From contig JAQTYZ010000002.1 in assembly GCA_028688055.1 (NCBI GenBank), positions 132,256-196,255 on the forward strand: a stretch of DNA of 64,000 nucleotides. Reading direction: 5' to 3'. Under the pieces are notes generated by a model, which was given only the letters and a program-made list of their open reading frames with translations, did not search any database and was not told where the DNA came from. The stretch comes from Patescibacteria group bacterium (GTDB lineage Bacteria > Patescibacteriota > Patescibacteriia > Buchananbacterales > UBA6539). How positions within the stretch are numbered: the stretch's first letter is position 1; each line of letters opens with the position of its first letter. Made by a program: the position numbers and the translations under genes. Shown here in pieces: positions 10,019 through 19,475 of this stretch.

Positions 10019-10074
10019 TTAATTTGTTTTTGATTAAACCAATTTTAATTAGGTGTTTTTATTAATCTAAAAAT

Positions 10075-11523
10075 ATGGATAACAATAGTAATCATAAAAT
10101 GAAATTGAAGATCTCGGGTCTGCATTGCGCTAGTTGCGAGGTTTTGGTTGAACGTCAGTTCAAAACCGTGGCGGGCGTTGAAAAAGTTTATGTCAGTCAG
10201 GCCGCGGGCAAAGCGGTAGTCTATTATTCCGACCGTCCGGCTGTTGATGAATTGCAAGCCTCAATTAAAGCGGCTGGCTATGCCATTACGGCTTTAAACG
10301 GGCAGTCACTGGCGGCGACCGACCCTATCAGTAATGATAGTGAAAAAAATTATTTTCAAGTCGGGGCGATCTTTTTGATCGTTGCTGGCATTTACTTGTT
10401 GGCCAAAAAATTTAATTTATTGCCCGCCGGTTTTGGCGTGGCCGAAGGGATGAGCTATGGTTTTGTTTTTTTGATTGGCCTGGTGGCCTCAGTTTCAACT
10501 TGTATGGCGGTAACGGGCGGATTACTGTTAGCATCGGCGGCTAAGTACAGCGAGTTGCATCCCGATTTGTCGGCGGGGCAAAAAATTAAGCCGTTATTAT
10601 ATTTTAACGGCGGCCGCTTAGCTGGCTACACTTTTTTTGGCGGTTTGGTCGGCGGCCTTGGTGGCTTAATTACTTTCTCGCCCCGCGTTAATGGAATTAT
10701 TACCATTTTGGCCAGCTTAGCGATGGTGTTTTTAGGTTTGCAATTACTCCATTTATTCCCCGGTTTGCGACGGCTTCAAGTTAAACCGCCCAAGTTTATC
10801 AGTCATAAAATTCACGATCTGAGTGACAGTAATTCAAAGGTGGCCCCGGCGATTTTAGGGGCGCTTACTTTCTTTTTGCCTTGCGGTTTTACGCAGGCTT
10901 TACAGCTTTATGTTTTGGCTCATGGTGGCATTGTCAGTGGCGCGTTAACGATGTTTTTTTTCGCGCTGGGGACGATCCCGGCTTTGATTTCGGTTAGTGC
11001 GTTATCAAGTGTGTTGCGCGGTAAGCCATTATCATTGTTGCTAAAATTTGCTGGGGTGATTGCGGTGATGTTGGGAATATTCAATATTCAAAACGGCTTG
11101 GTTTTAGCGGGGGCGAGCTGGCCAAGTTTTAAGGCGCGAACCGTTGTTCAAACACCAACCAGCGTCGATCCTAATGTGCAGATTGTTAATGGTTGGCAAA
11201 TCATCAAAATGAAAGTTGACGGCGTCAACTATCTGCCATCACATTTCACGGTCCAAAAAGGCATTCCGGTTTCTTGGCAAATTGATGGTACCCAGGCCGC
11301 TGGTTGTATGAGTTCTCTCATTGCGCCGCAGTTAGGCATCCGCGATTATTTGCCGCGGACCGGTATTAAAACCATTGCCTTTACCCCGACCACCGCTGGA
11401 ACTTTCAAGTTTAATTGTCCAATGGGTATGGGTACGCCGGGCGCCGCCATCACGGTTATTGACGCGCCCACTCAAGGCGGTTCAAGCAGTTGTGATCCCG
11501 CCGTGGCTAATTGTCTAAATTAA
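10075..11523 (+). CDS. HMA-domain membrane protein (CcdA/DsbD-like TM core with Cys in TM segments) with C-terminal cupredoxin-like domain
   Basis: 482 aa. N-terminal heavy-metal-associated motif GLHCASCEV. Polytopic TM core with STCMAV and FFLPCGF cysteines. C-terminal ~130-aa beta-rich domain (NCPMGMGTPGAAITV). Directly upstream of copA. Confidence 0.55.
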   Translation: MDNNSNHKMKLKISGLHCASCEVLVERQFKTVAGVEKVYVSQAAGKAVVYYSDRPAVDELQASIKAAGYAITALNGQSLAATDPISNDSEKNYFQVGAIFLIVAGIYLLAKKFNLLPAGFGVAEGMSYGFVFLIGLVASVSTCMAVTGGLLLASAAKYSELHPDLSAGQKIKPLLYFNGGRLAGYTFFGGLVGGLGGLITFSPRVNGIITILASLAMVFLGLQLLHLFPGLRRLQVKPPKFISHKIHDLSDSNSKVAPAILGALTFFLPCGFTQALQLYVLAHGGIVSGALTMFFFALGTIPALISVSALSSVLRGKPLSLLLKFAGVIAVMLGIFNIQNGLVLAGASWPSFKARTVVQTPTSVDPNVQIVNGWQIIKMKVDGVNYLPSHFTVQKGIPVSWQIDGTQAAGCMSSLIAPQLGIRDYLPRTGIKTIAFTPTTAGTFKFNCPMGMGTPGAAITVIDAPTQGGSSSCDPAVANCLN

Positions 11524-11559
11524 CGATTAGGATTACTCTAACAGAACAGAATAAAAAAT

Positions 11560-13806
11560 ATGTCTATCAAAAAAACGGTTGATATTCGGGGGATGCATTG
11601 TGCCAGTTGCGCCCTGAATATTGAACACCAATTAAAAAAAATTACTGGCGTCACCAATGCCGTGGTTAATTATGCCAGCGAAAAAGCGACAGTTGAGTCG
11701 GATGCCGATATCGCCGATGACGCCATTAACAAGGCGGTGTCGTCGGCTGGTGATTATGAGGTGATTGAAAAAATGCCAGATCATAGTGGTCACAAAATGT
11801 CGGATATGTCTGGTCACGATCATGTGGCGATGCTGAAAGCGGCGGACCTTAAAATTTTGCGTCACAATGTGGTCGCCGGTACCATCGCCTCGGTGGCAAT
11901 TATGTTGTTAATGTTGGAACGCTTTATCCCGATCCTGATGTCGCTGGGCCAGCCGGTGATGTTTGCGCTTCAACTAATTATTGCTACCCCCATTCAATTT
12001 TGGCTGGGCCGGCAATTTTATCGTGGTGCCCAGTCGGGCTTGAAACGTTGGTCAGCGAATATGGATACTTTAGTCGCAGTCGGCACCACGGCCGCTTACG
12101 GTTATTCGGTCATTGCCACGTTATTCCCAAGTTTTTTTGCGTCCGCCGGTTTGGAAGTTAATGTTTATTATGACGCCGCGGTGGTCATTCTAACCTTGAT
12201 AATTTTTGGTAAGTACTTGGAGGCAACGGCTAAAGGTAAGGCGTCGGAAGCCATTAAAAAATTAGCCGGTCTGGCTGCTAAGACGGCGCATGTCATTAAA
12301 GCTGGTCAGGAAGTTGAAACACCAATTGACCAAGTTGTGGTCAGCGATATTATTGTCGTCCGTCCGGGCGAAAAGATTCCCGTTGATGGGGTGATTGTCG
12401 ATGGTGAGTCGGCGATTGATGAGTCGATGATCTCGGGTGAAAGTTTGCCCGTTGATAAAAAACCTGGTGACGCGGTTATTGGCGCGACGATCAATAAGTC
12501 TGGAATGTTTAAGTTGCGGGCGACCAAAATCGGTGCCGATACCGCCTTGGCCCACATCATTAAAATGGTGGAAGATGCTCAAGGATCAAAAGCACCAATT
12601 CAGAAATTAGCCGATATTATCTCCGGTTATTTTGTGCCGATTGTTATTGTTATTAGTATGGTCACGCTCGCAGTTTGGTTGGTCGTCGGCCAACCGTTTG
12701 CCTTAGCCTTCTTTGCCTTTGTGGCGGTACTCATCGTGGCTTGTCCGTGCGCCTTAGGTTTGGCCACGCCAACCGCCATTATTGTCGGTACTGGTCGTGG
12801 CGCTGAGCATGGGATTTTAATTCGTGACGCCGAAAGTCTTGAACGAACCGGTGAAGCGACCGCGATTATTTTGGATAAAACCGGTACCATTACCGAGGGC
12901 GCACCAAAGGTAACTGACGTTGTTACGGATAATGCCAATGATTTTTTGCATTTCGTCGGCTCAGCGGAAATTGGATCCGAGCATCCTTTGGGGCAAGCCA
13001 TTGTCGCTTACGCCAAAGAAAAAAATGTTGCGTTAGTTGAACCGAAGAATTTTTCTGTCATTTCCGGCTTTGGACTTAAGGCAATTGTTGATGGCAAAAC
13101 CGTTGCCGTTGGCAAGCGAGCATTTTTGCACGATTTGAAAATTGATGTCAATCAATATGATCAAAGGGCAAAAGATTTGGCGGCTCAAGCTAAAACCGTT
13201 ATTTATGCCGCTGTTGATGATAAAATTATTGGCGTTCTTGCCCTGGCCGATACGCTTAAGGCTGGGTCAGTCCAGGCCATTGCTGAATTAAAGGCTATGG
13301 GGTTGAAAGTAATAATGATTACTGGCGATAACATTCAAACCGCCAATGCCATTGCCAGCCAGGTTGGCATTACTGAGGTAAGGGCCGAAGTTTTACCGCA
13401 ATACAAATCACGAGCAGTCACTGAATTACAGCGGCAAGGTCAGAAAGTAATTATGGTTGGTGATGGTATTAACGATGCGCCGGCGCTGGCGGCGGCCGAT
13501 ATTGGTATGGCAATTGGTTCCGGGACCGACGTGGCGATGGAAGCGGCGGATATTACTTTGGTGTCAGGCGACTTGCGTAAAATAGTTTCGGCGATAAAAT
13601 TGAGCCGTAAAACAATGTCGACGATCAAATGGAATTTGTTTTGGGCGTTCGGGTATAACATTTTAGGTATCCCAGTGGCGGCCGGCGTGCTTTATCCGTT
13701 TTTTGGCATTTTGTTGCACCCGATTTTAGCGTCGGCGATGATGGCGTTTAGTTCAGTGTTTGTAGTGACCAATTCACTCCGTCTTAAAAAAACCAAGATT
13801 AACTAA
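11560..13806 (+). CDS. copA: copper-translocating P1B-type ATPase
   Basis: 748 aa. [16 protein letters not shown] motif ([11 protein letters not shown]), [13 protein letters not shown]. Confidence 0.95.
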   Translation: MSIKKTVDIRGMHCASCALNIEHQLKKITGVTNAVVNYASEKATVESDADIADDAINKAVSSAGDYEVIEKMPDHSGHKMSDMSGHDHVAMLKAADLKILRHNVVAGTIASVAIMLLMLERFIPILMSLGQPVMFALQLIIATPIQFWLGRQFYRGAQSGLKRWSANMDTLVAVGTTAAYGYSVIATLFPSFFASAGLEVNVYYDAAVVILTLIIFGKYLEATAKGKASEAIKKLAGLAAKTAHVIKAGQEVETPIDQVVVSDIIVVRPGEKIPVDGVIVDGESAIDESMISGESLPVDKKPGDAVIGATINKSGMFKLRATKIGADTALAHIIKMVEDAQGSKAPIQKLADIISGYFVPIVIVISMVTLAVWLVVGQPFALAFFAFVAVLIVACPCALGLATPTAIIVGTGRGAEHGILIRDAESLERTGEATAIILDKTGTITEGAPKVTDVVTDNANDFLHFVGSAEIGSEHPLGQAIVAYAKEKNVALVEPKNFSVISGFGLKAIVDGKTVAVGKRAFLHDLKIDVNQYDQRAKDLAAQAKTVIYAAVDDKIIGVLALADTLKAGSVQAIAELKAMGLKVIMITGDNIQTANAIASQVGITEVRAEVLPQYKSRAVTELQRQGQKVIMVGDGINDAPALAAADIGMAIGSGTDVAMEAADITLVSGDLRKIVSAIKLSRKTMSTIKWNLFWAFGYNILGIPVAAGVLYPFFGILLHPILASAMMAFSSVFVVTNSLRLKKTKIN

Positions 13807-13875
13807 TATTACAATCAATCCGCTAATTATAATTATGGCGCTAGTTATTGGTGGGCGATATTTCCGGTGGTTACA

Positions 13876-13947
13876 ATGATTTTGGTTTGGGCTTTACTAA
13901 TTTTGGGTCTGGTTGCTTTGGTAAAATTTTTGAAGCCTAAAAAATAA
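13876..13947 (+). CDS. possible 23-aa hydrophobic micro-protein downstream of copA (MILVWALLILGLVALVKFLKPKK)
   Basis: Short ORF below the track cutoff. A single TM helix with a basic tail. No SD. Speculative. Confidence 0.2.
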   Translation: MILVWALLILGLVALVKFLKPKK

Positions 13948-14162
13948 TTTATCTTTAATAAAAAACGCCGTTGTTACCAGCGGTGTTTTTTAGTTTAAGT
14001 TAATTAACCAGCCCGAGTCGGGGAGTCGCCTCAAGCCCCGTGGCAACTTGGCAATTTTCAATCATTAATGCTAAAATAAAAACGGTACAATGAGGTGCCA
14101 CCATTGCGACAACGACGTCTAAAAGATTTTAGGCGCTTTTTTTATTATTTAAAAATAAAACT

Positions 14163-15374
14163 ATGGTTACTTTAGATACCGGCAACACCGCTTTTATGTT
14201 AATTGCCACCAGTCTCGTGATGTTAATGACTCCCGGCTTGGCCTTTTTTTACGGCGGCTTGGTCGGACGAAAAAATGTCTTGGCGATTATGATTCAAAGT
14301 TTTTTGTCGATGGGCTGGACGACGATGATCTGGTTTTTGGTTGGTTATTCGCTGACCTTCAGCGGCGATTGGTATGGTATCATTGGTAATCTTGACGCGG
14401 CCTTGCTCCGCGGTCTTGATGTTACGACGCTGCACCCCAACGGTTTTCCGTTGCTGGTGTTTGTTGCTTATCAGATGATGTTTGCCATTATTACGCCCGC
14501 TTTAATTACCGGTGCGTTTGCTAATCGAGTTTCGTTCAAAGCTTATTTATTTTTCTTAACCACTTGGTTAATATTTGTTTATTTCCCCATTGCTCATATG
14601 GCTTGGGGACCAAACGGTTTATTTCAGCAAATTGGTGCCCTTGATTTTGCCGGTGGCACCGTGGTTCATGCTACCGCCGGATTTGCCGCCTTGGCGTCGG
14701 TCTTATTTGTTGGCAAGCGAAAATTCAACGGTGAAGGTTCGCACAGTGTTCCGTTAGTAGCTTTGGGTACGGGGCTGTTATGGTTTGGTTGGTATGGTTT
14801 TAATGCCGGCAGCGAATTGGCCGCCGACGGTGTCACGGCGCTCGCTTTTTTAAACACTGATATTGCCGCTTCGATGGCAGCCGTGACTTGGCTGATGATT
14901 ACTTGGGTGCTTGAGAAAAAACCGAAGTTTGTTGGTTTATTAACCGGTGCGGTGGCCGGACTTGTTGCCATTACCCCAGCGGCTGGCTTTGTTACGCCCG
15001 GCAGTGCGTTTATTATTGGGATAGTTTCGGCTTTTGCTTGTTACGCCGCGGTGGCTTTAAAGAATCGGTGGCAGCTGGATGACGCGCTGGATGTTTGGGG
15101 TGTCCACGGTGTTGGTGGCGTTGTTGGTTGTTTGATGTTGGGCTTGCTAGCGACCACCACGGTTAACGCCGCGGGAGCTGATGGTTGGTTTTATGGTAAC
15201 CCGATGTTTTTTGTTAAAGAAGCGGCGGTCGTCTTGGGCGTTGTTATTTATGTCTTTATCTTTTCTTATTTAATGTTGTGGTTGATAAATAAAATCACGC
15301 CGGTTCGGATCACGTCGGCGGATGAGGAATTGGGTTTAGATGAGTCACTACACGGCGAAGTTGCCTACGAATAA
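14163..15374 (+). CDS. amt: ammonium transporter (Amt/MEP family)
   Basis: 403 aa, 11 TM helices, Amt signature regions (DFAGGTVVH..). Confidence 0.9.
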   Translation: MVTLDTGNTAFMLIATSLVMLMTPGLAFFYGGLVGRKNVLAIMIQSFLSMGWTTMIWFLVGYSLTFSGDWYGIIGNLDAALLRGLDVTTLHPNGFPLLVFVAYQMMFAIITPALITGAFANRVSFKAYLFFLTTWLIFVYFPIAHMAWGPNGLFQQIGALDFAGGTVVHATAGFAALASVLFVGKRKFNGEGSHSVPLVALGTGLLWFGWYGFNAGSELAADGVTALAFLNTDIAASMAAVTWLMITWVLEKKPKFVGLLTGAVAGLVAITPAAGFVTPGSAFIIGIVSAFACYAAVALKNRWQLDDALDVWGVHGVGGVVGCLMLGLLATTTVNAAGADGWFYGNPMFFVKEAAVVLGVVIYVFIFSYLMLWLINKITPVRITSADEELGLDESLHGEVAYE

Positions 15375-15533
15375 AATTACGTCAGTCAAAACAGCTCGTA
15401 TTCGCGCGGGCTGTTTTATTTTATTAATTTATTGGTAACACTAAAAATTCGTTAATAGTTTTCATAAAGTTATTCGTATATAAAAAAAGACCCGCGGTTC
15501 TCGTTTGAATCAAGTCCAATTTCGAGCGCGGGG

Positions 15534-15779
15534 CTAGGTGGCCGGTTCGGCCAACAGGTTTTCCAGGGCCGTGAGGAGGTCGCTGACATTTTTACTGCGG
15601 TCGGCGGCCTCGTCGCCAATGGTGTTGCTTGGGTCGGCGGCCTCGAGCCCAAATGATTTGAGGACGTTTGAGACTCCTGGATGTACCTTCAGGGCAGAAG
15701 CAATTGTCATCCCCGGATCAAATCTTCTTACCACTCTATGTGTGGCGGTTTTGGGGCTTTCTGTTTCCAAGGTGGTCAC
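15534..15779 (-). CDS. DUF1858-like (hybrid-cluster-protein-associated redox disulfide) paralogue that lacks the CxxC
   Basis: Its core MTIASALKVHPGVSNVLKSFGL...LLTALENLLAEPAT aligns with the neighbouring DUF1858 gene, but the CxxC region is replaced. GTG start abuts the SD, so the true start may be the internal ATG (58-aa product). Confidence 0.45.
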   Translation of the reverse strand: MTTLETESPKTATHRVVRRFDPGMTIASALKVHPGVSNVLKSFGLEAADPSNTIGDEAADRSKNVSDLLTALENLLAEPAT

Positions 15780-15955
15780 CCTCCTTAATATTCCTACTGA
15801 CGGTTAACGGTAAAAATACTTTATCATACTTTATCTTAGTTTTAGTTTAGCGTCAACGTGTTATATCTGTTTTAGTTGTTTGTTGGTAAACCCCGTCGTT
15901 AAAAAAAAGACCCCACGGGTACTGACCTTGATTAAGTCCAAAGTCAAGCGCGGGG

Positions 15956-16177
15956 CTAGGTGGCCGTTTCGGCCAACAGGTCTTCCAGGGCTTTGAGAAA
16001 ATCGTCGAGATTGACTCCTGCTTGGGTGCAAATGTGTTCCAAAGTGTCGGATTGCGCCGACGGGCAAGTAGTGCAGTAGCCGAGATGAAACCGTTCAAAG
16101 ACATCGTGTGCCTTGGAATGAGCATCCAGGGCATCAGCAACGCTCATCTGTGAATAGAAGCGCTTTTCGGCCGACAT
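15956..16177 (-). CDS. DUF1858 domain protein (hybrid-cluster-protein-associated redox disulfide domain)
   Basis: 73 aa. MSVADALDAH..VFERFHLGYCTTCPSAQSDTLEHICTQAGVNLDDFLKALEDLL matches the DUF1858 pattern (fhlgyC..CP..etLee...hGvdldell). TTGACA-17-TAAAGT promoter and AAGGAGG SD on the minus strand. Confidence 0.7.
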   Translation of the reverse strand: MSAEKRFYSQMSVADALDAHSKAHDVFERFHLGYCTTCPSAQSDTLEHICTQAGVNLDDFLKALEDLLAETAT

Positions 16178-16433
16178 AGCTTACTTCCTCCTTAGTTTAG
16201 ACCAGCCATTATTGGTTAAAATACTTTATCGTAGTTTTAGCTTGGTGTCAACTGTAGCGTTGCAGATAAAAATATTTGTATCTGCGTATTTGTAAAATTA
16301 TTAGCATGTTGTCATATACAAAAATAAAAAAAGACCCCGCACCATTTTTCCGAATGAATTAGATCCGGGGGTTTAGGTGCGGGGGCTAAGCAAAGGTCAA
16401 TTTGTTAAATCTAGCCTAGCGGCTGGTCCACGA

Positions 16434-17408
16434 TTAGGCGAGTTTCAGGGATTCGAGAAAATGCTCGCGGGTGAAGACGGAAAGATCGCAGGTCGTCGGG
16501 TTGATCGCTTGGTTGGCCAAGGAAAATAACACGGGCAGGGAAGTCATCTCGCCGGGGAGAAGTTTAACGTTAGGCCCGATGTCTTCCATCTCGACCATGG
16601 CCGGCCCCGGGTTGTCAACTTGTGCCGACGGGCCAACGTACATCGCGGCGTTGCACCCGGGGATGGGGTAGGACAAGTTGTGATTGTAAGGCGGCGCGGC
16701 CTTGAATAGCGTCATGTCCTTATTCGGTATGATCATGGCTTGTCCACCAAAGGGGGAAGTCCAGGCGCGTTTGGCCTCTAGACCGGAAGGCAGGAGAAGG
16801 TGCAACCACTGTCCGTCAGAGATGACCTGACTGAATTGCCCGTCGCCGTCGTCACTGGTCGTGTGGCCACCACCCCATTTGGGGAAGTGGACGACCGTGA
16901 AGGAATCCCAAGCGTCATCGCCGCTATTCAGGCGACTGGTGTAGACCGCATCCGTTGACACGGGGTCGGTGCAGGTGATCGGCCAGATTCCGCCGGATAT
17001 AAGCATATCCCCGGCATTCTTAACGAAGCTAACCACATCGACCATACTGTCCGCCAAAGGCCGAATAATGAACCCTTTGACGAGTTGCATCTCGTCGGGC
17101 GGTGCCGTGAAGACGAAGCTGCCGTCCTCGAATTCGCCGACCTTAATGGGGCCAGTGTCGGGCGTGTAAGCCCCGTGATGCTCATCGGCACCTTCCAGTG
17201 CCCACCAGACCCGAAGGCCACCCCTCAACTGCCACAGCCCGCGCCTGAACTTGCCTTCCGGATCAAGGTAGAGCAAGTTCGTGTTTATGTCTGGACCAAG
17301 ATGGGCGATCCGCAGAAACGTCGTGAATATCACCAACTCGATCCCGGCCAGACTCAGGTGGACTGCTGATTGACCTTGAAACTGGATATCTCTTCTTGTG
17401 AACCTCAT
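16434..17408 (-). CDS. hypothetical protein (GC-rich island C; possibly sugar-metabolism partner of the adjacent isomerase)
   Basis: 324 aa, ~58% GC. In an apparent operon downstream of the FucI-like gene. Intrinsic terminator at 16325-16360 on the minus strand. Confidence 0.5.
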   Translation of the reverse strand: MRFTRRDIQFQGQSAVHLSLAGIELVIFTTFLRIAHLGPDINTNLLYLDPEGKFRRGLWQLRGGLRVWWALEGADEHHGAYTPDTGPIKVGEFEDGSFVFTAPPDEMQLVKGFIIRPLADSMVDVVSFVKNAGDMLISGGIWPITCTDPVSTDAVYTSRLNSGDDAWDSFTVVHFPKWGGGHTTSDDGDGQFSQVISDGQWLHLLLPSGLEAKRAWTSPFGGQAMIIPNKDMTLFKAAPPYNHNLSYPIPGCNAAMYVGPSAQVDNPGPAMVEMEDIGPNVKLLPGEMTSLPVLFSLANQAINPTTCDLSVFTREHFLESLKLA

Positions 17409-17448
17409 CTTTTTCTTTGCTCCTGTTGTTGTACTTCTTTCGGTTTCG

Positions 17449-18927
17449 TTAGTCTTCTTCGGGTCGTTCGTGGCGGTAGGTTGTCATGCCGAAATAGTTC
17501 TCGAAAGCCTCGGTGATGGCGTCGGCATGGTTGCCAAAACCGATAGCCACATGGTGTGGGAATCCGTTGCGACAAGCGATCCGTACAAGTTTGTCGAGCT
17601 TTGGCACGGCAATGATGCCAAAGCCGCCAAAGGTGGTGATTTGGTCTTCGGTGGTAACACCTTGCGCGGTGTACGCCATACATTGGCCGTCCGCGTCGTT
17701 GGTCGTCATCCGGCAGAGTGTGACATTTTGATTCGGCGCGAACGCGCCTTCAATGGTACCGTAGGTACTTTCTTTTCCGACGGTGCCAGCGATGATCGCT
17801 TGATAGCCCATCATGGGTTTGACCAGGAACGATCTGGCGATATTGCTACAGTGGAAGGCAACGAAGGTTCCCTTACGCGGGCCGTTGTTGTTCCAGTCCA
17901 CCAGTGCCGCCGGATTTCCCGATGCAAGTTGTAGAGCGCGCATACTGACGGCTCCGCAGACATCGACTTCGCAAGCCGCACAGAACAGCGAATCGCTGAG
18001 CATACTCATGATCGCGCAGGGGACCACGCCGTAGTGTTGCTGCAAAGCAGTCCAACACTGGATTGCCAGGGCATCGATTTCGTTTTCTTCGCGGAAGCGG
18101 TTGATAACGACGGCCAGTTTGGCCATCTTCAGCAATGCATCCAGAGGGATATGCGAGGTTTCAACATAAGCCTTGATGGCTTCAACCTGGGCTTTGACCG
18201 TTTCGTCGTCGTCGGCGAGTGCGTTGGCTTGGCCGATGACTTCGGACAAATCGAGCGTGATGACCTGGATGCCAAGGACTTGGGCCAACAAGGTCTCGCT
18301 ATACCGCATGGTGCGGAAAGCGTCGGGTCGCGTGCCAATGGCACCGATGCGACAGCCACGCAATCCCTGGACCACCCGGCAGGTCGCCGCGAATTGATCG
18401 ACCTCGGCTTTGAATTCGTCGCTGGCCGGGTCGAGCGTGTGCGATTGGGTCAGGCTGAAGGGAATACCGAGCTGGGTCAGGTTGTTGCAGACACTGAATT
18501 TGCCGCAGAACGAATCGCGGCGTGTTGCGATTGTCATCGCGGCGCAGTCATCGGCAAAGGCGTGCACCAAAATCGGTACATTGAGCCCGGCCATTTGTAG
18601 GGCTTCGGCGACCGCTTTTTCATCGCCGAAGTTAGGCAGTGTGACGATCACGCCGTCGATTACGTCACCGTGCTTCCGGAAAAGCTCCGCGCACTGTTTC
18701 GCATCTCGATGGCTTTCTATCGCCCCACCGAATTGAGTGTCGTTCTCGGCGAGGACGACGACGTCATAGCCAAGGCCTTTGAGGTTCTCGACCATTTGTC
18801 GTCGGCCATTGACCGCCAGTTCACTTGGGAAAAACCCCCGCGTGCCGACAATCAGTCCAAATGTGGTTCTTCGTTGCATCCTGATTTCCTCTCTTTCTAC
18901 AATCACTTCGCTGTGGTTTAACTGCAC
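17449..18927 (-). CDS. L-fucose isomerase-like family protein (FucI/AraA superfamily)
   Basis: 492 aa. N-terminal FGLIVGTRGFFP substrate-binding-domain signature. AACEVDVCGAVSM corresponds to the FucI catalytic ATENDSLNGVAM region. The true start may be the internal Met at 18879. Confidence 0.7.
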   Translation of the reverse strand: MQLNHSEVIVEREEIRMQRRTTFGLIVGTRGFFPSELAVNGRRQMVENLKGLGYDVVVLAENDTQFGGAIESHRDAKQCAELFRKHGDVIDGVIVTLPNFGDEKAVAEALQMAGLNVPILVHAFADDCAAMTIATRRDSFCGKFSVCNNLTQLGIPFSLTQSHTLDPASDEFKAEVDQFAATCRVVQGLRGCRIGAIGTRPDAFRTMRYSETLLAQVLGIQVITLDLSEVIGQANALADDDETVKAQVEAIKAYVETSHIPLDALLKMAKLAVVINRFREENEIDALAIQCWTALQQHYGVVPCAIMSMLSDSLFCAACEVDVCGAVSMRALQLASGNPAALVDWNNNGPRKGTFVAFHCSNIARSFLVKPMMGYQAIIAGTVGKESTYGTIEGAFAPNQNVTLCRMTTNDADGQCMAYTAQGVTTEDQITTFGGFGIIAVPKLDKLVRIACRNGFPHHVAIGFGNHADAITEAFENYFGMTTYRHERPEED

Positions 18928-19205
18928 AAATTGTCAAACAACATCCTCCAAAATCAACTGCAACTTACTTAAAAATGGCTTAATTGTCAAGGATAATTCT
19001 CTTTACTAGAACAGCCCTTGTTCTCAAAATTAGAGAATTAAATACCCTTGACAATTTCACATTTTCCCTTAGAATGTGCATATTCATGATATTGTCTTAT
19101 TTTTTCTTTAAAATTATTGGAAAAATATGTACAAAAATGTCAAAAAATATTATAATGAAGGGGTTTTACTGATATTTTTTAGACATCAACGATAACAGAT
19201 AATAT

Positions 19206-19475
19206 ATGAATGATCGACAGTGGCAACCAATTGTTGCCTTTGGCTTGACTCTGTCGGGCTGGCTGGCCGCACCCTTAATTGCCGCTCTGTTTATCGGCCG
19301 TTATCTTGATAACCATTGGTCGATTGAGCCCTGGGGCACTCTCGCCGCTGTTGGTATCGCCTTTATCATTTCTAATGTGGGAATGGTCATTGAAGCTAAA
19401 CACTTGTTTAAACAAATAAATCAAACTAGTCAGAAATTATCGAAACCAGAAAACCATGACAATCGAAACGAATAA
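19206..19475 (+). CDS. ATP synthase protein I / AtpZ-like small membrane protein
   Basis: 89 aa with 2 TM helices, immediately upstream of atpB. Confidence 0.45.
   Translation: MNDRQWQPIVAFGLTLSGWLAAPLIAALFIGRYLDNHWSIEPWGTLAAVGIAFIISNVGMVIEAKHLFKQINQTSQKLSKPENHDNRNE

Noticed and set aside
11632-13661. Antisense ORFs inside copA (11632..11865, 12262..12582, 12306..12560, 12627..13001, 13440..13661)
   Set aside because: They overlap a complete P-type ATPase reading frame and show biased Ala/Ser/Thr-rich composition from reverse-frame reading.
14223-14971. Antisense ORFs within amt
   Set aside because: Shadow ORFs. amt on the plus strand is unambiguous.
15470-16140. ORFs 15470..15652 (-), 15538..15807 (+), 15853..16140 (-), 15861..16067 (-) around the DUF1858 genes
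   Set aside because: These are alternative-frame ORFs in GC-rich DNA that overlap the paralogous DUF1858 reading frames, which are the ones with SD plus promoter and family similarity.
17398-18736. Plus-strand ORFs of 108-188 aa (17398..17934, 18034..18600, 18410..18736 etc.) overlapping the FucI-like gene
   Set aside because: The island is GC-rich, which suppresses stop codons in all frames. The minus-strand frame carries the recognisable FucI motifs. The plus-strand products are Arg/Ala/Gly-rich without start signals.
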